Part shown: one piece after another, positions 15,514 through 20,000 of the stretch
Numbering within the stretch: position 1 is the first letter of the stretch
Layout: the number at the start of each line of letters is the position of its first letter
Source: an uncultured virus (IMG/VR IMGVR_UViG_3300016464_000060)
Taxonomy: Duplodnaviria; Heunggongvirae; Uroviricota; Caudoviricetes
Length of the DNA: 20,000 bases
Direction: 5' to 3' (one strand)
Virus record (IMG/VR): IMGVR_UViG_3300016464_000060
Coordinates: 48,170 to 68,169 of that record
The notes under the pieces: model-generated
Told to the model about the DNA's origin: nothing
The model's database searches: none
What the model saw: only the letters and a program-made list of their open reading frames with translations
Translations under genes and position numbers: made by a program

Positions 15514-16587
15514 TTATAACTCCGCAGAAATGTCTACATAAGCAGATGAATTATTATTTCCAAGCCAAACAGCCGCACCACCAGACGCAACAGATGTAGT
15601 CACATTTAATTCAAGACCAGCACTATCAGTTCCATAATAGATAGTTCCTAATGAAGTTACAGCATATTGTGATGGCACGTTTACTGCTGTATTAGATTGG
15701 CTTATTGTAGGAGTTGCTCTTACAGTATTTGCGTATTTTATGTAAACAAGAACACTAGTACCGCCTGCTCCTCTGCCAGAACCAAAACCAACATAACCAC
15801 CTGATAAAGAACCTAGTCTTTGATAATACCTCTGACATAACTGCAACTCAGTACCATAAGGGCGGTAATCAAAACTAGTTGCTGTTGAGCCTTTTTCGAG
15901 TTGTACGCCTGTTATGTAGAAGGTTGCTCCGTTTGTGCCTACTACGGATGTTGCTCCTGTTGGTTGGATATAGAAAGCACCAGCCCAAGTATTTGCCGTA
16001 CCCGAATATGTAGAGCCACAACCCAAACTAAACTGTACATTTATGCCTTTGCCGTTAGTGGTAAGCCATGTGCCAGATTGGTCACCAGCAATAGTTATGG
16101 ACTTCTGTTCCCATGTGTTAGCAGAAGAGATTGTGTAAGAGAATGGATATGAACGATTGTTTGCACTATTACCAAGCGCACCGCCAAAAGTTCCAGTTAA
16201 GGAACTACGAACCCAAAAAGATAATGTAACTGTTGCCGCATTAGCAGTACCCCACGCAAGGTCAGTGCAGTTTAATCCTTCAATTTGCTGTCCAATACGG
16301 AATTCGTCAGTTGATAAAACAGAATATGCTGAAGATGAAGTAACCCCAAGATAGTTAATAAATCCAACAGGGGGAGTTACAGAGCCAGCATTTTGTTGAA
16401 CAGTAAATTTTCCTGTTTGAGAATTATCACCATACCATCTATCTAAGGTGTATGTTCCGTTAGGAGTAACACTAGCCCCCGCATTACGCTGGTCTATCAC
16501 CATCTGGCCGTTCAGAATTCTATTTTTAAACCCTGTGTACTGGGCATACGTACCCAGCAGACCTTGATCAACTTGCGTTAAAGCCAT
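15514..16587 (-). CDS. Putative receptor-binding/tail fibre-associated protein with carbohydrate-binding-like jelly-roll domain (copy 2)
   Basis: 357 aa; KNRILNGQMVIDQR, YTLDRW, VTLSFWVRSS, ANTWEQKSITI, ITGVQLEKG, CQRYY, terminal SAEL; paralogue of 16752..17744. Confidence 0.7.
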   Translation of the reverse strand: MALTQVDQGLLGTYAQYTGFKNRILNGQMVIDQRNAGASVTPNGTYTLDRWYGDNSQTGKFTVQQNAGSVTPPVGFINYLGVTSSSAYSVLSTDEFRIGQQIEGLNCTDLAWGTANAATVTLSFWVRSSLTGTFGGALGNSANNRSYPFSYTISSANTWEQKSITIAGDQSGTWLTTNGKGINVQFSLGCGSTYSGTANTWAGAFYIQPTGATSVVGTNGATFYITGVQLEKGSTATSFDYRPYGTELQLCQRYYQRLGSLSGGYVGFGSGRGAGGTSVLVYIKYANTVRATPTISQSNTAVNVPSQYAVTSLGTIYYGTDSAGLELNVTTSVASGGAAVWLGNNNSSAYVDISAEL

Positions 16588-16751
16588 TATTGGTTCTCCT
16601 CTGCTGGCAATGGGGTGTTGCCTTCTTCAAGCCAGCGAAGATAGGCTTGGTAGTCGGTGTTGTCTGGGTCAAATGGGATGCAAGCACCATCGCTTATGCG
16701 CTGTACGATGTTAGTTTGACCAGTTAGAAAATCTTTTATTAGTTTGTACAT
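16587..16751 (-). CDS. Small putative fibre assembly chaperone (copy 1), not in ORF track
   Basis: Hand translation [54 protein letters not shown] (54 aa); ATG directly after upstream TAA, own TAA overlaps next ATG (TAATG). Confidence 0.85.
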   Translation of the reverse strand: MYKLIKDFLTGQTNIVQRISDGACIPFDPDNTDYQAYLRWLEEGNTPLPAEENQ

Positions 16752-17744
16752 TTATAACTCCGCAGATGCTGTGTAGTCACAAGAAAGAAATTGTCTTGTA
16801 GTAGCGTTTGCTGTAGCCTGAACGCGAAAGTCACTTACTTTAATTGAAAAAGCACTGCAACCTACATTGTTATTGTTTACTACATTACTAAATACAATTG
16901 TTGGGGCTATTCTTTTTGTAACAGAGAAATAAACAGAGCCACCAAATCCTTCTGTGTTTAACGTATATCCAGCCATTGAAAAACCACCGTCTTGAAAATA
17001 CCTCTGACACAAAGCCAACTCCGTACCATACTGACGGTACTCAAATGGAGATGCTGTTGTCCCTGCTTCAAGCTGAACGCCCGTAACGTAGAAGGTTGCT
17101 CCGTTTGTGGCAATAAGATTTACAGAACTTGTTGGTTGACGCGCTACAGTGTTAGCCCAAACACCCGCCGTAGCAGTTCTTGCTACTTGCGCGCCTAAAC
17201 CAAAAACAAGTTGAATTCCATTTCCGTTGGTTGTAAGCCATGTTCCGCTAGTTGGACCAGCAATAGTTACGCTTATTTGAGTCCATGTATTGGCAGATGA
17301 AATTGTGTAACTAAATGGGTATGTCCAATCATAGTTGTTGTTAGTCAAAACACCACCAAAATTACCTGTTAAAGAACTACGTACCCAGAAAGATAAAGTT
17401 ACTGGCTTTGCAGTTGAAAGACCCCAATCCAAATCGGTAATGTTTAAACCTTCAACTTTTTGCTGAAGTTGATATGAAGCGCCTGATAGTGAAGCATCCG
17501 CTGTTGTTACCGTTATCAATAAAGAATTTATATATCCAGTAGGTGCTGTAGTAGATTGAGCAATAGAAAAAACACCGGGACTAGCCCCTGCCACCTGCCA
17601 TCTATCAAGCGTGTATTGACCAGCACCAGTCTCACTAAACCCAGACGTTCCTCTCTGTGCTATGACCATAGCCCCATTTATGATTTTGTTTCTAAAGGTG
17701 ACGTTGTTTGAGCCGCCTTGCGCGATGTTTACTGCTAGTGTCAT
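16752..17744 (-). CDS. Putative receptor-binding/tail fibre-associated protein with carbohydrate-binding-like jelly-roll domain (copy 1)
   Basis: 330 aa; RNKIINGAMVIAQR, YTLDRW, VTLSFWVRSS, ANTWTQISVTI, VTGVQLEAG, CQRYF, terminal SAEL; paralogue of 15514..16587. Confidence 0.7.
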   Translation of the reverse strand: MTLAVNIAQGGSNNVTFRNKIINGAMVIAQRGTSGFSETGAGQYTLDRWQVAGASPGVFSIAQSTTAPTGYINSLLITVTTADASLSGASYQLQQKVEGLNITDLDWGLSTAKPVTLSFWVRSSLTGNFGGVLTNNNYDWTYPFSYTISSANTWTQISVTIAGPTSGTWLTTNGNGIQLVFGLGAQVARTATAGVWANTVARQPTSSVNLIATNGATFYVTGVQLEAGTTASPFEYRQYGTELALCQRYFQDGGFSMAGYTLNTEGFGGSVYFSVTKRIAPTIVFSNVVNNNNVGCSAFSIKVSDFRVQATANATTRQFLSCDYTASAEL

Positions 17745-18013
17745 GCTTGCTCCTTGGGATACTTGGCTTTCACTGCCATTACTTTAGCCAGCATTTCTGT
17801 TTGGGCATCTCCACCTTTCCATAGTGCATCTAGTTGGTCGCCAATAGAAGGGTACTCTGATTGTCTTTTGGCTATGTAGGAATGAGCGTCAATGTAGGCT
17901 TGCACCACTGCTTCGTCATACTGAACAGGGTTATTGTCGGCATCAAAAGCATCGTCACCACGGATAGTAACCACAGATGGATGCGTAGCGTAAATTGCTT
18001 CGTGCTTATTCAT
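17741..18013 (-). CDS. Small putative tail fibre assembly chaperone
   Basis: 90 aa with YIAKRQSEYPSIGDQLDALW...VKAKYPK helical C-terminus; ATGA-coupled to the fibre-like gene upstream, the usual position for fibre chaperones. Confidence 0.6.
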   Translation of the reverse strand: MNKHEAIYATHPSVVTIRGDDAFDADNNPVQYDEAVVQAYIDAHSYIAKRQSEYPSIGDQLDALWKGGDAQTEMLAKVMAVKAKYPKEQA

Positions 18014-19014
18014 GCCGCTATCTCCATGAGAGTGAGGGTTGCCATAGCATTTCCCGCCTGTGCTACACCCGAGTTTGATTCAACTCTAAATGCAACTGTG
18101 TAAGTTTGAGATGACGTAGTTGCAGGAGAATCAAGATACATTCCAGAAACAATTGAGCGTTCATTTGCACCGCCTGGGCCTTGCGCTACACCAAAACCTA
18201 AACCAGAAGCACCGAGATTTGTTCCTGACGTTGTTCCTCTAAAAACTGTTGCAGTAGTTGCATCATTTGCGGCTGGACTGCTTAAAGGATTAGAAAACAT
18301 AATCAAAACTTTATTGCTGGCACTTGATGGTGTTATGGATGCAGTTAAACCAGTTGAAACAAATGTCGTTGAAGTTGTACTTGTTGCGGTTGCGTAAGTA
18401 GCATTTACCACTTGCAACACAGAACCAGTTGGCAAAGTAGCCTTTGGAATAACTTGTGTTCCAGTCAACTTAGAACCCGCCATACTCACAATGTAACTAT
18501 CCGACACGCTACCCGCAGTAGCAGGAATAGCATTCAACACCGAACTTACATAGAAACTCACAGTGGTGATGGTGTCACCTGCTGTTGCCGCGTTGTTTAG
18601 AACTACTGTCGTTCCTGTTGAGGCTGTGTAGTCTGATGTTGGCAGATAGACACCGTTTCTGTATACGTCCACGTATCCCACTGTGTATGAGGGAATGGTG
18701 AATGATGTCTGTCCTGCCGTAGCGGTTGTGTTCGTTACGGTTCTGTAGGCTGTAGTCGTTACTCCGCTTGCTGGAATTCCCAAATAGCGGACTGATATGT
18801 TCGATGTACCGCTTGGTGGAGCGGCTGAGAAGGTCAGGGTTGTGCCTGATACAGAGTATGTGCTTGGGTCTTGCAACACGCCTGTAACGGCAACAATGAT
18901 GGATGACGTATTCGCAGGTGCGACCGTCATAGTAAAAGCAGTCTGGCTACCTGTCCCTGAGAATGTATCTACAAGGAAGGCGGCTGATATGGGGGCGTTC
19001 CCGATATAGGACAT
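18010..19014 (-). CDS. Tail fibre/baseplate-like structural protein: two tandem beta-sandwich repeats plus C-terminal beta-sandwich head
   Basis: 334 aa, T/S/G/A-rich; repeats FSGTGSQTAFT..VAVTGVLQDPSTYSVSGTTLTFSAAPPSG and TATAGQTSFT..VYRNGVYLPTSDYTASTGTTVVLNNAATAGD; C-terminal GSVLQVV..ITPSSASNKVLI..YLDSPATTSSQTY..LMEIAA. Confidence 0.7.
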   Translation of the reverse strand: MSYIGNAPISAAFLVDTFSGTGSQTAFTMTVAPANTSSIIVAVTGVLQDPSTYSVSGTTLTFSAAPPSGTSNISVRYLGIPASGVTTTAYRTVTNTTATAGQTSFTIPSYTVGYVDVYRNGVYLPTSDYTASTGTTVVLNNAATAGDTITTVSFYVSSVLNAIPATAGSVSDSYIVSMAGSKLTGTQVIPKATLPTGSVLQVVNATYATATSTTSTTFVSTGLTASITPSSASNKVLIMFSNPLSSPAANDATTATVFRGTTSGTNLGASGLGFGVAQGPGGANERSIVSGMYLDSPATTSSQTYTVAFRVESNSGVAQAGNAMATLTLMEIAA

Positions 19015-19925
19015 TATTTATTCTCCAGCGCTTCTATACGGGCGGTTAGTGCGTTGATTGTTTCGGCTTGTTGGTCGTTTATGGCCTTGAGTTCTTGGAT
19101 GCTTGCAATCATTAGCGGTATAAGTTCTTGGTATTTAACAGTCAAATATTCTGTTTCATCACCTTCAATTAGTTTTGTTCTGCCTATCGCTTCTGGCACT
19201 ACGGGTTCTACTGTTGTTGCATCTACGCCTACTTGTGGAGCATTTGTTGAATCCGCTTTCCAAGTAAATTTAATTGGTCTAATGTGAGCAATATCCGCAA
19301 GTGGGGTTGTGTAAGTGCCAGTAATATTTTTTAGTCTAGGGTCAGAACCAGCCGCCCAACTTGTTGCATTTTCAGCCAAACTAACCAAAGTTGCGGCATT
19401 TGAATTTCTAAAAATTGCTAAAGTGTTAGAGCCACTACCAGAACCATAAACAACTAGTCTTGTTGCCGCAGAGCCTGATGTGTTACCAATAACAAGCACA
19501 CCGCTGGAATCGATACGCATACGCTCTGATGGCGCAGTATCTGTATTTACGCTACGGGTTGCAAATATTAAATCTGCAATGGTGTTGCCAGTTTGTGTCG
19601 TTGTGATTGAGCCTATTGCCGTTGGCGTGTAAGTTGCCCCAGTACCATACCCCATGCCAATTTGACAAAGTTGGTTGTTTGAACCACCACCAAGCAACGC
19701 TAATGCTTGATTGCTTTGTTGCCCAAGTGTTGATACACCACCTAATGATACTGATAGTTTTGCTGAAGTAGAAGTAGTGCCAATCCCCACATTCTGTGAA
19801 GTATCAATAGTTACCGCAGTAGTGCCAGCAGACTGCAATGTCAGGTTTGTAGCGGATGCGCTTGTTATGGTGTTTGAGGTTAACGGTACTGTTAACCCGT
19901 TTTGTCCAATCGTACTGATAGCCAT
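19014..19925 (-). CDS. Tail fibre/spike with C-terminal intramolecular chaperone (peptidase S74-type auto-processing domain)
   Basis: 303 aa; NVGIGTTS and ERMRIDSSG fibre repeats; SDPRLK (Ser194/Lys199) auto-cleavage signature, RPIKFTWK, VPEAI, VKYQELIPLMIASIQELKA and terminal coiled coil. Confidence 0.85.
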   Translation of the reverse strand: MAISTIGQNGLTVPLTSNTITSASATNLTLQSAGTTAVTIDTSQNVGIGTTSTSAKLSVSLGGVSTLGQQSNQALALLGGGSNNQLCQIGMGYGTGATYTPTAIGSITTTQTGNTIADLIFATRSVNTDTAPSERMRIDSSGVLVIGNTSGSAATRLVVYGSGSGSNTLAIFRNSNAATLVSLAENATSWAAGSDPRLKNITGTYTTPLADIAHIRPIKFTWKADSTNAPQVGVDATTVEPVVPEAIGRTKLIEGDETEYLTVKYQELIPLMIASIQELKAINDQQAETINALTARIEALENK

Positions 19926-20000
19926 TTATACCCCCACCTTTGCTTTGAGTTCTGCTATCTCTGTTGCTTGTGCGTCAACGAGGGCTTTGAGTTCTTGGAT
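19926..20000 (-). CDS. C-terminal end of another probable S74-chaperone-bearing fibre (5'-truncated)
   Basis: Reads IQELKALVDAQATEIAELKAKVGV*, matching the IQELKA coiled-coil tail of the 303-aa protein; TAA directly abuts next ATG. Confidence 0.65.
   Translation of the reverse strand: MQELKALVDAQATEIAELKAKVGV

Larger units (their letters stand above)
15338..17744 (-). repeat. Diverged tandem duplication of a two-gene cassette
   Basis: Units 16587..17744 and 15338..16587; identical boxes gtagaaggttgctccgtttgtg (15916-15937 / 17088-17109) and aatacctctgaca (15825-15837 / 16997-17009), constant 1172-nt offset across the core; shared gene junction TCTGCGGAGTTATAA(AA)ATGTAC on the minus strand. 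Confidence 0.9.

Noticed and set aside
15514..17000. Diversity-generating retroelement (template/variable repeat) explanation for the paralogous tips
   Set aside because: The tips differ in length and at all base types rather than only at adenines; no near-identical ~100-nt repeat pair and no reverse transcriptase in the window.
146..19287. Numerous plus-strand ORFs of 60-132 aa and short alternate-frame minus ORFs in the track
   Set aside because: All lie antisense to or inside long, tightly coupled minus-strand genes, have S/C/L/F-skewed compositions typical of shadow frames and no recognisable motifs.
15338..20000. Invertase/shufflon-type tail fibre switching
   Set aside because: All cassettes are complete genes in the same orientation; no inverted repeats or recombinase gene seen.
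1..20000. tRNA, ncRNA, CRISPR array, Rho-independent terminators, alternative genetic code
   Set aside because: Window is almost entirely coding with gaps of 34 nt or less; no hairpin+U tract or spaced repeats seen; TAA, TAG and TGA all end genes at sensible coupled junctions.

Overview
The window is a continuous, single-strand (all minus) late/structural module of a tailed dsDNA phage or prophage, most consistent with a short-tailed (podovirus-like) virion infecting a Gram-negative host (inference from gene content and order). In transcription order (20000 -> 1): (i) a tightly coupled array of fibre/receptor-binding-like genes, each with its own intramolecular (peptidase S74-type) or separately encoded small chaperone, including a tandemly duplicated [jelly-roll protein + 54-57 aa partner] cassette; (ii) a tail fibre with collar-like and HxH motifs; (iii) a lysis block (237-aa membrane-anchored coiled coil, overlapping 54-aa membrane protein, holin candidate, GH19 endolysin); (iv) a 718-aa tail hub/stabilisation-like protein and a 224-aa needle/knob-like protein; (v) four probable internal-virion/ejection proteins, one with an embedded GH108 muramidase domain and the last a >1770-aa ORF running off the left edge. 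Four real ORFs (2..5320, 13485..13649, 15338..15511, 16587..16751) and a partial one (19926..20000) are absent from the supplied ORF track and were translated by hand. No RNA genes, CRISPR array, integrase or reverse transcriptase were seen. All functional calls come from motif recognition, not database searches.
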